A DNA stretch of 64,000 nucleotides from an uncultured Gammaproteobacteria bacterium (lineage in GTDB: Bacteria > Pseudomonadota > Gammaproteobacteria > SZUA-140). The stretch covers positions 866 through 64,865 of the forward strand of contig CAMYIG010000001.1 in assembly GCA_947258425.1 (NCBI GenBank), written 5' to 3'. The translations under genes and the position numbers were made by a program. The notes beneath the pieces are model-generated. The model did no database searches. It saw only the letters and a program-made list of their open reading frames with translations, and had not been told where the DNA came from. Below, piece after piece: positions 28,618 to 38,381 of the stretch; the first letter of the stretch is position 1; each line of letters begins with the position of its first letter.

Positions 28618-29254
28618 TGCTTCCGCCTTATTTTTTCTGTTTTATAATTAACATGGTCGCATGATCACAGCCAGAAGTGGACATCACAATACCCATCTTT
28701 AAATAACTAAAATGACTCAAAATTGATTTCACCTCGGATAAACATTACTTTATGACACAGCAACGTGGCCCCAAAACTGGATAAAGTCACAAACATTCCC
28801 CATCATTCTATCGTCGACTCACTCATAAAGCTTTAAATATAGTGGGACAACAATTAAACTCACTACCCTTTATCTACAGTCAACGACAGTGAGGAGATAT
28901 CCCTGCCTCTGAACAATCGTAACCCATTATTCTCATGATGAATATAGGGGAATTACCTCTGGTGATTAAACTTAATTAAATCTACTGCAAACCAGTTAAA
29001 ACTGATTATTCGGATTCACAATATGATATGTACTGCCACGCTTCGCAACACATGAACAAACGATCATAAGATACCTGCCCATTTAAATAACTACTGCAAT
29101 ATATAATCTCACCAAATCCGGGGCAACGACCCCTAATTGATTATACCGCGATATCCCACTTTTTAATCAATACGATGCCCGATGAGTTAAGTAATTACCA
29201 TCTCAAGACATGCTATTATTGGCCGCTGACTAAACTGGTCTTAACCTTACAATA

Positions 29255-30481
29255 ATGATAAACACTCAGGCACCAATGGCACATATCCCAACACACGAAT
29301 TCACTGTAGAGATATTGCGTTCAACAAAAGAGATCGAACAAATCACACCAGAATGGCAGGATTTTATTGCGACGCAGATCCGAGAAAAAAATATCCATCA
29401 AGACCCTTACGTAATACAGTCAAGATTAGCGACAGTTGAAGGCGTCACTGTATATAAACCACTGATTATAACCCTTCGAAATAATCATCAGATTATCGCT
29501 ATAGCACCTTTCTATAGCAATAAATCTAAATTTGACCTTAAGCTGGGTATCGTCAAGCTATTCTCTCTCCCAATCAATAAATTGCAGTTATTCGGTGATA
29601 GCGTGCTCATTCACAAAGATTATCAGCCAGCTGAGTGCCTCGATAAGATATTTGATACGCTAAGGGCGTTTAACAATGATTTTGATATTATTTCTATCAA
29701 TAGCACTCACGTGCCAGGAACCCTCTGGGACTATTTTGAAAGTGAGCAATGTTGCAAACAGAATATAAAGTTAGTGCCTGCCAGCAAAAAAATGGAGGTC
29801 AACAGGCAAATAAAAATGGCTGATAGCCTGGATGATTACCTGGGCGCGATGAAGAAAAAGACCCGCTACAATCTCAAACGCACTGCAAAAAAGCTTTCTG
29901 AACTCGATGACGGGACAATTAAGACCATTGAAGTCAGACAGCCAGATGACGTAAAGCAGTTTCTCCAGGACCTCGACACTATCTATAATTGCACATGGCA
30001 ATCAGGTACATTTGGTAAAAAAATAAGAAACACTGCTGCTGGCATCGCTTTCTTTGAAAATATAGCGGCTAAAGGATGGCTGAGATCTTATATACTCAAA
30101 AGTGACAAGACGCCTATTGCCTTCATCCTTGGCTATCAATACAACGGTATTTATTACTATGATGAGATCGGGCATGACCTCAGCTGGCGTAAAGAGAACC
30201 CGGGGAATGCACTTAATCTACACATGATGGAATTTCTTCATGCAAGCGATACCCCTGATATCGTCGATTTTGGGTATGGAGAAAATGACTATAAACGCAT
30301 CTTCGGTAACCTGGAGTTTGATGCTCGAAAAATATACCTTATAAAAACCTCACCCAATTACGGTGCCTGCTTGCTCCGCGCCCACCAACTGCTCGATTCA
30401 ATATACCTTACGCTACATACTATGGCCGTTAAGTATAAACTTGACGACTATTTGAGAAAGCTCACCAAAAAAAGAGCCTGA
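29255..30481 (+). CDS. FemAB/CelD-like GNAT-fold acyltransferase (candidate PEP-CTERM-locus FemAB-related protein)
   Basis: 408 aa. KKKTRYNLKRTAKKL, GWLRSYILKSDKTPIAFILGYQYNGIYYYDEIGHD and DFGYGENDYKRIFGN are typical of the BioF2-like/FemAB-like acetyltransferase fold. Position in an XrtA locus fits. Confidence 0.6.
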   Translation: MINTQAPMAHIPTHEFTVEILRSTKEIEQITPEWQDFIATQIREKNIHQDPYVIQSRLATVEGVTVYKPLIITLRNNHQIIAIAPFYSNKSKFDLKLGIVKLFSLPINKLQLFGDSVLIHKDYQPAECLDKIFDTLRAFNNDFDIISINSTHVPGTLWDYFESEQCCKQNIKLVPASKKMEVNRQIKMADSLDDYLGAMKKKTRYNLKRTAKKLSELDDGTIKTIEVRQPDDVKQFLQDLDTIYNCTWQSGTFGKKIRNTAAGIAFFENIAAKGWLRSYILKSDKTPIAFILGYQYNGIYYYDEIGHDLSWRKENPGNALNLHMMEFLHASDTPDIVDFGYGENDYKRIFGNLEFDARKIYLIKTSPNYGACLLRAHQLLDSIYLTLHTMAVKYKLDDYLRKLTKKRA

Positions 30482-30821
30482 CCAAGGCCTCAGAGAGCAG
30501 TAACGCTGCGAATTCCTCTCGGCGTCGGTTAAATTCAAGGCATACCTTAGACATCCCAAGTATGGGCCTCCTGTCGCCCGCTAAAAACTATCAATTCAAT
30601 ACTACAAAAGCTAAAAATCGACAAAGGTTACCTCCGTCTCATCCGGGTTGTGATGGACCTAACAAAATCCAACTCCCAGTCTAAGAATACGTTCCGTAAG
30701 CCGAATTATAGTGACATGGTAGCCAACGTTTTCACGCTACCCCTGAATAAGCGCAAGGAAAGAAAAACAGCATCTGTTTTTACTTCAGGTCACCAGAGTC
30801 GTATAGCGGAGTTTACTTTCC

Positions 30822-32942
30822 ATGAGCACACAGCAACAAGCCACCAATAGCACATGCTCTAAAACCCCCTTAAGCAAGCTCTCAGGGCTTTTTTCACTAG
30901 GTCTTTGCATATTAATCGCGGGTTGTGGCGGCGGCGGCTCATCATCTGAGAATGATTCTGCAGCCAGCACCACCACTAGCAGTATCTCTACAACCACAGT
31001 AGTCCTGCCGGTTATTAGTGCGCTGATTAATAACACTTCGGATGATGCTGAAGAATCTGTTGCTAACGGAGAAATGGACCTCATGAGCAGTGATATTGAA
31101 CTGATTAATGAGACTAATGGTGTGGGCGACCAGCTGGTTGGCTTACGTTACGCACTTCTGGTGCCAGACAACAGCACCATTACAAATGCATATATACAGT
31201 TTACTACAGATGAAGTGTCAACAGGCACCAGCAATTTAGTAATTAAAGGTGAAAATGCTATCGATGCTGCTGGCTTCACAACGACTAACTACAACATCTC
31301 TTCAAGGCAGACAACGAATACATCCGTGAACTGGACACCCCCAGACTGGAACGAAGTCGGTGAAAGTAATAATGCACAACGCACACCCGATCTGAGCACG
31401 ATCATTCAGGAAATCATTGAATTACCTAACTGGCAGATCAACAACCATATTGCCTTTATTATCAGCGGCAGTGGCACACGTACTTCTGTGTCACATAATG
31501 GCTCCCCAGTATTTGCACCAAAACTTCATGTGGAATACACAACATCACTAGCACCAGTACTCAACGATAGTATTCCAGTCGCATATCCAGACACATTGAC
31601 CACACCAGCGAATACCCCTGCAACGATTAATATCCTAACCAACGACCAGGGCATTGCTGATACACCTGTTTCTATCAGCATCAGCAGTGCGCCTTCAAAT
31701 GGCAATGTAGTGATTGGACAAAACGGTGCCATTACATACACACCTAATGGCGGTTATTCAGGTGCCGATTTGATCACTTACCAAATAACTGATGCAGATG
31801 GTGATACTGACACCGCTACTATTACGATTAATGTAACACCCACTGCCGTTGATTATATTCCAGTCGCCAATAGCGACAGCATTAGCCTCGATATCAACAC
31901 CGCTGCTTCTATAAATGTACTCACTAATGATACCGGGCTTGAAAATGGCGGCATCGTTGTGAGCATCAATAGCACTGCCTCAAACGGCACCATATCCATT
32001 GGTCAAAATGGCAACCTGACATATACCCCCAATAACAACTACATCGGGAATGATGGCTTTAGTTACAGAATCACCGATATTGATGGTGATACTAGCAGCG
32101 CCAGTGTCAATGTCACCGTGAGTGACATCGATCACTTTCCAGTCGCTAACGACGATAGCATCATGACTAACACCAACATTGCTGGCGCTATAAACATACT
32201 CACAAATGACACCGGCCTGGAAGATGGCAGCATTACCGTTAGCATTAATAGCGCACCAGCCAATGGTAATGTCTCAATCGGACAAAATGGACTGCTATCA
32301 TATACCCCAAATAATAATTACACAGGTAACGATGCATTTAGCTATGTGATTACAGATGCTGATGGCGACAGTGATAACGCAACCGTCAACATCACCGTTA
32401 CTTCAAATGATATCGATTACACGCCTGTTGCCAACACAGATAATGCCACCACACAAACCGTCACTCCCGTTACCATCGCGGTACTGAGTAATGACACGGG
32501 CATAGAAGATGGGCCAATCACAGTGTCGATTACAAGTGCGCCCTCTTATGGCAGTGTTGTCATCGAATCAGACAACACCGTTACTTACACCCCAAATGCA
32601 GGTCACTTCGGCCCTGATAGCTTTATCTATACCATTACTGATACTGACAGTGATAATGCAGCAGCCAACGTTGCGATCACGGTGGTATGCACATCCGGAA
32701 TCTGCACTAAAACCATTCGAGTTTCATGGAACGCTAACCCCGAGTCTGATCTCTCCGGTTATTACATCCATCATGGGACTCAATCAGGTGTTTATACCGA
32801 TAAAATATGGGTAGGTAACGTCACTTCGTATGACTATGAAACATCTGACTTAACCGGCCATTTCTTTGCCATATCTGCCGCAAATACGGCAAGTGATGAA
32901 TCCGGCCTGTCCAGTGAAGTCTCCATATCATTAGCGCTTTAA
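30822..32942 (+). CDS. Surface lipoprotein with four tandem ~95-aa Ig/cadherin-like repeats and a C-terminal FN3-like domain
   Basis: Lipobox LIAGC, then a G/S/T-rich linker and an uncharacterised ~180 aa N-terminal module. Four repeats of the type PVANxDxxxTxxxxxxxINxLTNDTGxEDGxIxVSIxSAPxNGxVxIxxNGxxTYTPNxxYxGxDxFxYxITDxDGDxxxAxVNxTV. C-terminal VSWNANPESDLSGYYIHHGTQSGVY...ISAANTASDESGLSSEV. Confidence 0.8.
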   Translation: MSTQQQATNSTCSKTPLSKLSGLFSLGLCILIAGCGGGGSSSENDSAASTTTSSISTTTVVLPVISALINNTSDDAEESVANGEMDLMSSDIELINETNGVGDQLVGLRYALLVPDNSTITNAYIQFTTDEVSTGTSNLVIKGENAIDAAGFTTTNYNISSRQTTNTSVNWTPPDWNEVGESNNAQRTPDLSTIIQEIIELPNWQINNHIAFIISGSGTRTSVSHNGSPVFAPKLHVEYTTSLAPVLNDSIPVAYPDTLTTPANTPATINILTNDQGIADTPVSISISSAPSNGNVVIGQNGAITYTPNGGYSGADLITYQITDADGDTDTATITINVTPTAVDYIPVANSDSISLDINTAASINVLTNDTGLENGGIVVSINSTASNGTISIGQNGNLTYTPNNNYIGNDGFSYRITDIDGDTSSASVNVTVSDIDHFPVANDDSIMTNTNIAGAINILTNDTGLEDGSITVSINSAPANGNVSIGQNGLLSYTPNNNYTGNDAFSYVITDADGDSDNATVNITVTSNDIDYTPVANTDNATTQTVTPVTIAVLSNDTGIEDGPITVSITSAPSYGSVVIESDNTVTYTPNAGHFGPDSFIYTITDTDSDNAAANVAITVVCTSGICTKTIRVSWNANPESDLSGYYIHHGTQSGVYTDKIWVGNVTSYDYETSDLTGHFFAISAANTASDESGLSSEVSISLAL
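31572..32690 (+). repeat. Four in-frame coding tandem repeats (periods 285, 279 and 285 nt)
   Basis: Repeat units begin at about 31572, 31857, 32136 and 32421 (att/ttt/acg cc[at] gt[ct] gc...). The units are clearly diverged at DNA level (by eye about two-thirds identical). Confidence 0.8.
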
Positions 32943-33018
32943 ACAAAGCATAAATAGCTATCCATATCGCACCAGTGATTTAGTACTAAAAAGCACCAAC
33001 TACGTCAGGAAGATTACA

Positions 33019-34614
33019 ATGAAAGTTACATCAAAATTCAGATTACTACTACCCACAGCACTGCTTATAATGCTTGGAAGTAACAACTGTCTTGCTGCCG
33101 ATTATTATGTTGCCATAACCGGAAGTGATACTGCCGGTCAGGGCACTACTGGCTCACCGTGGGGTACGATTGGCTACGGTATCAATCAATTAGCATCGGG
33201 TGACACACTGATCGTCAAAGCTGGCACTTATCTCGGAAGAGAAAACTTCATCAATTCTCGACTATCCGCTCTACCTAGCGGAACACCCGGCAACTACACT
33301 ACGATTAAAGCAGAGTCGCCATTAACCGCAGTCATTAGAAACAGTGGTTCCATTAATTACTATGACAATTTACTGCGCCTCGAAGGGAACTATATTCACG
33401 TTGATGGCTTCGTAATTGATATGATCAATCAACGCGAACCAGAATACAATGCAGAAGTCACAGGTAATTATAACAAGATCACGCAGAGCCTGTTTCGCAG
33501 AGAAGGCGATGTGAATGAATTTGGTGGCTGGGTATCAATACTAGGGGACTATAATCTTGTTGAAGACAGCGCCGGAGTAGGTGCAGCACGATACGGTTTT
33601 TATACCGGCGGGCCGACTTCATCTGCCAGCCAAAATATTTTTCGCCGCATCGTCGCACGCGTTGATTACTCCAACTCACTACAACCCAAATCAGCGTTTG
33701 CCGCCTACGGAAATAATGATGGCCACAACATGCATGATGTCTTATTCCAGAACTGCATTGCTATCGACGGACGCCGTGGCCCTACAGGCTCAGAAGAGAC
33801 TTACGGGGGCTTTTATTTCCCTAAAAACGCCGCCAATGTCACAGTTCAAGGCAGCATCGTGCTCAATAATGAAGCTGCACATGCGGGCTATTTTGCAAAA
33901 GAATTACACGGCGAAAATATTCGCCTGGAACACTCGATTGCCTGGGATGTGTATGGCACCTCCTATATTGCAGGAGTACGTATTAACGGCGCGGGCGGGC
34001 CCTACTTTGGCATGGATCATATGACCATTGGTGAGTCACCTGTCGCCTATTATAATCAGGACAGCGCGCAACAACGTGTCATGACTAATTCCTTATTACA
34101 CAATAACGGCGCACGCTCTAATGGATCAGATTATGGTTGGACGAGCGCAACACACAATGCATTTTCCCCCGCTCCGCAGGCCACTGGTAGTAACTCAGTA
34201 ACAGGGAATGTAGACCTGAAATATATTCTGCGCGCAGAATCAGACAGTGCACTTGTGGGGGCCGCCAGCGATAGCGGTAACATTGGTGCAGATGTTACAC
34301 AACAATATGGCGTATCAGGGACTTTATGGGGGGAACCCGGTTATGATCAACGTACTACTAATAACCTCTGGCCCTGGAATCATGAAGACACCATTAAACA
34401 GTGGTTCAGCGTTACCAATAATCCGCCAGCAGGCAATGTGCCTAGCACTAACAACACCATCCGTGGGTTTACTGTTGCAAACGATCAGTTTGGTAAAAGC
34501 ATGACCTTAACCCGCTATATCTGGCAATACCTGGGGAATGAAATCCCAGCTGGCATCTATACGATATCATCAATTTCTACACCAACGGGAGCCTCTGCCA
34601 CCAAACTCCCATAG
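33019..34614 (+). CDS. Secreted right-handed beta-helix protein (possible polysaccharide lyase/depolymerase)
   Basis: Signal peptide ending NNCLA-ADYYV. N-terminus YYVAITGSDTAGQGTTGSPWGTIGYGINQLASGDTLIVKAGTY is typical of pectate-lyase-fold proteins. Function inferred from fold and locus only. Confidence 0.55.
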   Translation: MKVTSKFRLLLPTALLIMLGSNNCLAADYYVAITGSDTAGQGTTGSPWGTIGYGINQLASGDTLIVKAGTYLGRENFINSRLSALPSGTPGNYTTIKAESPLTAVIRNSGSINYYDNLLRLEGNYIHVDGFVIDMINQREPEYNAEVTGNYNKITQSLFRREGDVNEFGGWVSILGDYNLVEDSAGVGAARYGFYTGGPTSSASQNIFRRIVARVDYSNSLQPKSAFAAYGNNDGHNMHDVLFQNCIAIDGRRGPTGSEETYGGFYFPKNAANVTVQGSIVLNNEAAHAGYFAKELHGENIRLEHSIAWDVYGTSYIAGVRINGAGGPYFGMDHMTIGESPVAYYNQDSAQQRVMTNSLLHNNGARSNGSDYGWTSATHNAFSPAPQATGSNSVTGNVDLKYILRAESDSALVGAASDSGNIGADVTQQYGVSGTLWGEPGYDQRTTNNLWPWNHEDTIKQWFSVTNNPPAGNVPSTNNTIRGFTVANDQFGKSMTLTRYIWQYLGNEIPAGIYTISSISTPTGASATKLP

Positions 34615-34903
34615 GTATGGATTTTAGTTTTCACTAGTTAATTAAAACTATTATCTGCGTTACTCTACGCTCTGGTCATACGTTTGTCGTAACTTAGGGT
34701 GTTTACGGCCAGGGCAATCATACCAAGACTCACACTGAAACTCAGTCCTGAAACGCTCTCCAGTATAATGTTATTCACTTGTAGTAGTGGCGAGGTGACC
34801 CGAAAGCGCAAATCATCATCAATGATTCAAACCACATCATGGATTTCAGCAGCCCACAGAAAGGGCTTATTATCTGTGACAACCAGGTCTTATTTGGAAC
34901 TTC

Positions 34904-36070
34904 TTAACTGGATACCGGAAATGGCCTTGGGATCACATAGTCACGGTAATCGCTCGGCTCACCTGTCTCGCCTGCCTCAGCGGCTTTAACGATGTTATAC
35001 GCCTCTCTTGCAGTCACATAATGCAGCGCATAGTCAGTGCCATCGTTATATCTATTTTCTAAATGCTGACACATTCGCTCCAGTGCCCCGCCAAATAAAA
35101 AGTCCGCATTAAGTTCTGTTGCGCCGTGCGTATGAACCTTAACGAAGACCCACTCTGGTCGCCCCTTGACATGAATATCCTGTTCCACCCATTGATCTAT
35201 TCTTCTCTCAAAAGGCAGCTCGGTCGGAGTGACATCGCCATTTTCTACCTTCGGCCAGATACCCAGTTTTCGATGTTTCCAGTCGAGTGTTAATGGCCCC
35301 TGAAATATCATCAGGTCACCACATTCAGGCTTGCCAACCTCAACCCGAACGCCGATATCATGTGATTTCGGCTTATCAGGATCATCCGTCGCATAATAGA
35401 TCTCATTCATTGCCTGAGTCTGAGTGTCACTGGGTGCTGAGGGCAGCGTGTAGTCCACATAGCAACCTAACTCTTTTAGGATCGTTATTTCGTTATTCAG
35501 CCCGCACCATTTTCCGTCTGCTCGCGCATTATCCAGCGCCCAGTTTCCATGGATAAATGCGAATCTGGGCTTTCCATCCACCATAGGCACTAAGCCATGT
35601 CGTTCAGATAGCATGTCAAGAAAGCCGTTTATTTTATCTTTAAATTCCTGTTCCGTATCACCATCGTGGTGAATGTGAATATCCACTTCGCCATAGCCAT
35701 CACGGCATAGCTGTTCGATCAAATTCATATGACCAATGCGATACTCTTCCTCGGGACAGAAGAAAGAATGCGTGGGCGGCTTGCCATCGGCATCACTGAA
35801 CTTTGATGCGATCTTTGGATACTCCTCATACCATCGATCCACACGATTTTGCGCATGCGTTTCATCGACACCACCGGCCAGCGGCTCATAATGATCGACA
35901 AAACAGAACATCACATGCTTCTTGCCAGTGTAGGTAGACTTCTTCCGCTCAAACACACCTCTAACATAACTCACTATCCATATATCTATTTGGCGCTGTT
36001 GTAAACCGACATAAAACACCACTAGTGCAGCTAGCATCCCTAATAAAATAGTGATAAAGATCGTCATCAT
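34904..36070 (-). CDS. Membrane-anchored protein of unknown function, His-rich metal-hydrolase/deacetylase-like motifs; last gene of the EPS operon
   Basis: N-terminal TM. HVMFCFVDHYEP, VDIHIHHDGDTEQEF, FAFIHGNWALDN and FVKVHTHGATE suggest a metal-dependent hydrolase/deacetylase-like barrel, but I cannot assign a family. Confidence 0.3.
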   Translation of the reverse strand: MMTIFITILLGMLAALVVFYVGLQQRQIDIWIVSYVRGVFERKKSTYTGKKHVMFCFVDHYEPLAGGVDETHAQNRVDRWYEEYPKIASKFSDADGKPPTHSFFCPEEEYRIGHMNLIEQLCRDGYGEVDIHIHHDGDTEQEFKDKINGFLDMLSERHGLVPMVDGKPRFAFIHGNWALDNARADGKWCGLNNEITILKELGCYVDYTLPSAPSDTQTQAMNEIYYATDDPDKPKSHDIGVRVEVGKPECGDLMIFQGPLTLDWKHRKLGIWPKVENGDVTPTELPFERRIDQWVEQDIHVKGRPEWVFVKVHTHGATELNADFLFGGALERMCQHLENRYNDGTDYALHYVTAREAYNIVKAAEAGETGEPSDYRDYVIPRPFPVSS

Positions 36071-36073
36071 GGG

Positions 36074-37243
36074 TTATCGTCTCTCCGCCTGTTCAACAAG
36101 CTCAAGAAACTGTTCGCCAATTTTCTCCCATGTATATTTTTCCATCGTCACCTGATAGCCTTTCATTGCCTTCCCATGCGCCTCTTCTTTATGCTCAACG
36201 ACGTGCTCAATCACATCAATCAATTCCTTTGCGGTATCTGCATAATAAAGGAAGTCTTCGTCAATATGTTTTAATTCATGTAGCCGCGTACTGATCACCG
36301 GTTTTTTTTGACTAAGGTATTCAAATAACTTGATCGGACAGGCTCGGTGTGAGACTGGGATCGGTGTGAAAATATTCAGGCAGACATCCATCTTATGAAT
36401 ATACTTAAAGACATCAATATGCGGTACACCCCCCGTTAGCTCCACATTCATTAACCCGCGAGTTTCGACCTTCTGCTTCACCGTCTGCCAGTCCCGGCCC
36501 GTCCCTACCAGTAAAAAATGGATATTCGGTAGCGCCTTCGCAGCCTCCAGAATAACGTCAAAATCGATAAAGTATTCAAAGGCGCCAATAAACCCGACGA
36601 CAGGTACCCCTTCCGCTGCGTTAATAGCGACAGGCTTATCGCCACCTGACTCATCAACAATCGATTTTCTAGCGCCCACACCATTAGGCAGCACATGCAC
36701 ATTTCCACTCGCGAGCGTTGCCAGTTCATGCGAGACAGATAGCGTTAACGAAGCGTTTTTCATCATTTTATCGAGCATCTTACCCGCCAGACCCAGCGCC
36801 AGTGGATTGCTAAACTTACCCAGTTCAACGCCCAGCATATCGACATAATCGTCGGCAAAATCGAAGACCTGAACAACATTTCCGCGCAGTGAGCTGAACT
36901 GAAATTGCGGAATGTTATAGAGCAAAACTACATCGATTTTATTTGTCTTCAGATATTGTTTTGCATAACGGTAGGCGCAATAAGAAAAAATTGCTTTTTT
37001 TGCCAGTTTCTCGAAAGGTAGCTTTAGCTTCCAGAGCTTTTGGTTAATCGGCACATCGCGTACTATGACATTAGCCTGATCAACCACCTCTATTTCCTGG
37101 TAATTAGTCTCAGCCGACTCTAATGAAGGCGGTTGTAACACATGGACCTCATGCCCCATCTCGGCCAGTGCAGAGAGCAGTGAATGGTATCGGGTCCAGT
37201 TAACCGCATGCCAGCGGGCCATGTACGGAAATAATATTTTCAC
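36074..37243 (-). CDS. Glycosyltransferase, GT-B fold (GT4-like)
   Basis: VVGFIGAFEYFIDFDVILEAAK...FLLVGTGRD...IKLFEYLSQKKPVIST (EX7E-like region). Confidence 0.75.
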   Translation of the reverse strand: MKILFPYMARWHAVNWTRYHSLLSALAEMGHEVHVLQPPSLESAETNYQEIEVVDQANVIVRDVPINQKLWKLKLPFEKLAKKAIFSYCAYRYAKQYLKTNKIDVVLLYNIPQFQFSSLRGNVVQVFDFADDYVDMLGVELGKFSNPLALGLAGKMLDKMMKNASLTLSVSHELATLASGNVHVLPNGVGARKSIVDESGGDKPVAINAAEGVPVVGFIGAFEYFIDFDVILEAAKALPNIHFLLVGTGRDWQTVKQKVETRGLMNVELTGGVPHIDVFKYIHKMDVCLNIFTPIPVSHRACPIKLFEYLSQKKPVISTRLHELKHIDEDFLYYADTAKELIDVIEHVVEHKEEAHGKAMKGYQVTMEKYTWEKIGEQFLELVEQAERR

Positions 37244-37244
37244 C

Positions 37245-38381
37245 TTATACTCCCAGACGTGCTGCTAATACATCGATTATTTTTGTCGCCGCATTCCCAT
37301 CACCATAGGGATTTTCATTAGCGACCATCTGTTCATAATACTGTTTATCATTCAGCAGGCGCGTAATTTCATCAATAATTTTATGCTGATCTGTGCCTAC
37401 AAGCTTAGCAGTCCCAGCCTCAATGCCCTCGGGTCGTTCTGTAGTTTCACGAAGGACAAGAATCGGTTTCTTCAATGAAGGCCCCTCTTCCTGAACGCCA
37501 CCAGAGTCGGTCACAAGGATTTCAGCCTTACTCATTAAATGAGAAAAGTTTACATAATCCATCGGTTCAATCAGGTAAATATTATCCTGAGACGAAAGCA
37601 TACCCTCAGCCTGTTTTCTCACATTAGGATTAGGATGAACGGGGAAGATGATGGAAACATCCGGAAATTTCTCGGCGATCTCAATAATAGCGCTAAACGT
37701 TCTCATCATGGGTTCACCAAAACTCTCTCTTCGGTGGCTTGTCAGTAGAATAAAACGACCATTGATCGCTTCACATACCGTATCAGACAGAATACTGCTG
37801 AAGTCCGGTTGCCGATTCTGCAACACCCACTGGATCGCATCAATGGATGTATTTCCTGTGACAATCACATCATCTGCAGGCACGTTCTCCGCCAGTAAAT
37901 TTTGAGCTGATTGGTCTGTCGGGGCAAAGTGAAGATTCGCAATAGCACCGCTCAATTTGCGGTTCACCTCTTCCGGAAATGGAGAATATTTCTGATGTGT
38001 TCTAAGCCCTGCCTCGACATGGGCTACGGGAATACGCCGATAAAAAGCCGCCAGCGCACCGATAAATGTAGAGGTTGTATCACCCTGCACGATCACATAA
38101 TCTGGTTCATACGAATCTAGCACGGGCTTGATACCACTTAATGCGTCAATTGTGACATCAAACAAGTCCTGATTATCACGCATAATATTCAAATCATAAT
38201 CTGGAGTCATAGAGAATATCTTCAGCGACTGATCCAGCATATCGCGATGCTGCGCTGTAACCAGTACCTTCACTTCAAACGTATCTGCGCGCCTCTTTAG
38301 CTCATGAAAGATCGGGGCTAATTTGATAACCTCCGGGCGTGTCCCAAATATCAACAGTATTTTTTTCAGCGCCATTACCAT
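37245..38381 (-). CDS. wecB: UDP-N-acetylglucosamine 2-epimerase (non-hydrolysing)
   Basis: KKILLIFGTRPEVIKLAPI, VLVTAQHRDMLDQ, VIVQGDTTSTF, VAHVEAGLRT, LVTDSGGVQEE and NPYGDGNAA. Confidence 0.92.
   Translation of the reverse strand: MVMALKKILLIFGTRPEVIKLAPIFHELKRRADTFEVKVLVTAQHRDMLDQSLKIFSMTPDYDLNIMRDNQDLFDVTIDALSGIKPVLDSYEPDYVIVQGDTTSTFIGALAAFYRRIPVAHVEAGLRTHQKYSPFPEEVNRKLSGAIANLHFAPTDQSAQNLLAENVPADDVIVTGNTSIDAIQWVLQNRQPDFSSILSDTVCEAINGRFILLTSHRRESFGEPMMRTFSAIIEIAEKFPDVSIIFPVHPNPNVRKQAEGMLSSQDNIYLIEPMDYVNFSHLMSKAEILVTDSGGVQEEGPSLKKPILVLRETTERPEGIEAGTAKLVGTDQHKIIDEITRLLNDKQYYEQMVANENPYGDGNAATKIIDVLAARLGV

Noticed and set aside
30650-30850. ORF of 66 aa just upstream of, and overlapping, the lipoprotein gene start
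   Set aside because: It has no ribosome-binding context or motifs and overlaps the better-supported ATG at 30822. It is likely part of the 5' untranslated/regulatory region.
31572-32690. Regular ~285 nt periodic repeats, considered as a possible CRISPR array or non-coding satellite
   Set aside because: The period is far too long for CRISPR, there are no short conserved repeats with unique spacers, and the repeats are in frame inside a long ORF encoding Ig/cadherin-like domains.
34615-34903. A 290 bp gap between convergent genes, including ORF 34699-34989 (96 aa) and weak hairpins (for example cacaga-N12-tctgtg)
   Set aside because: The ORF overlaps the 3' end of the minus-strand gene and has no motifs. 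The hairpins are short, have long loops and lack U-tracts. No tRNA-like or sRNA-like structure was convincing.
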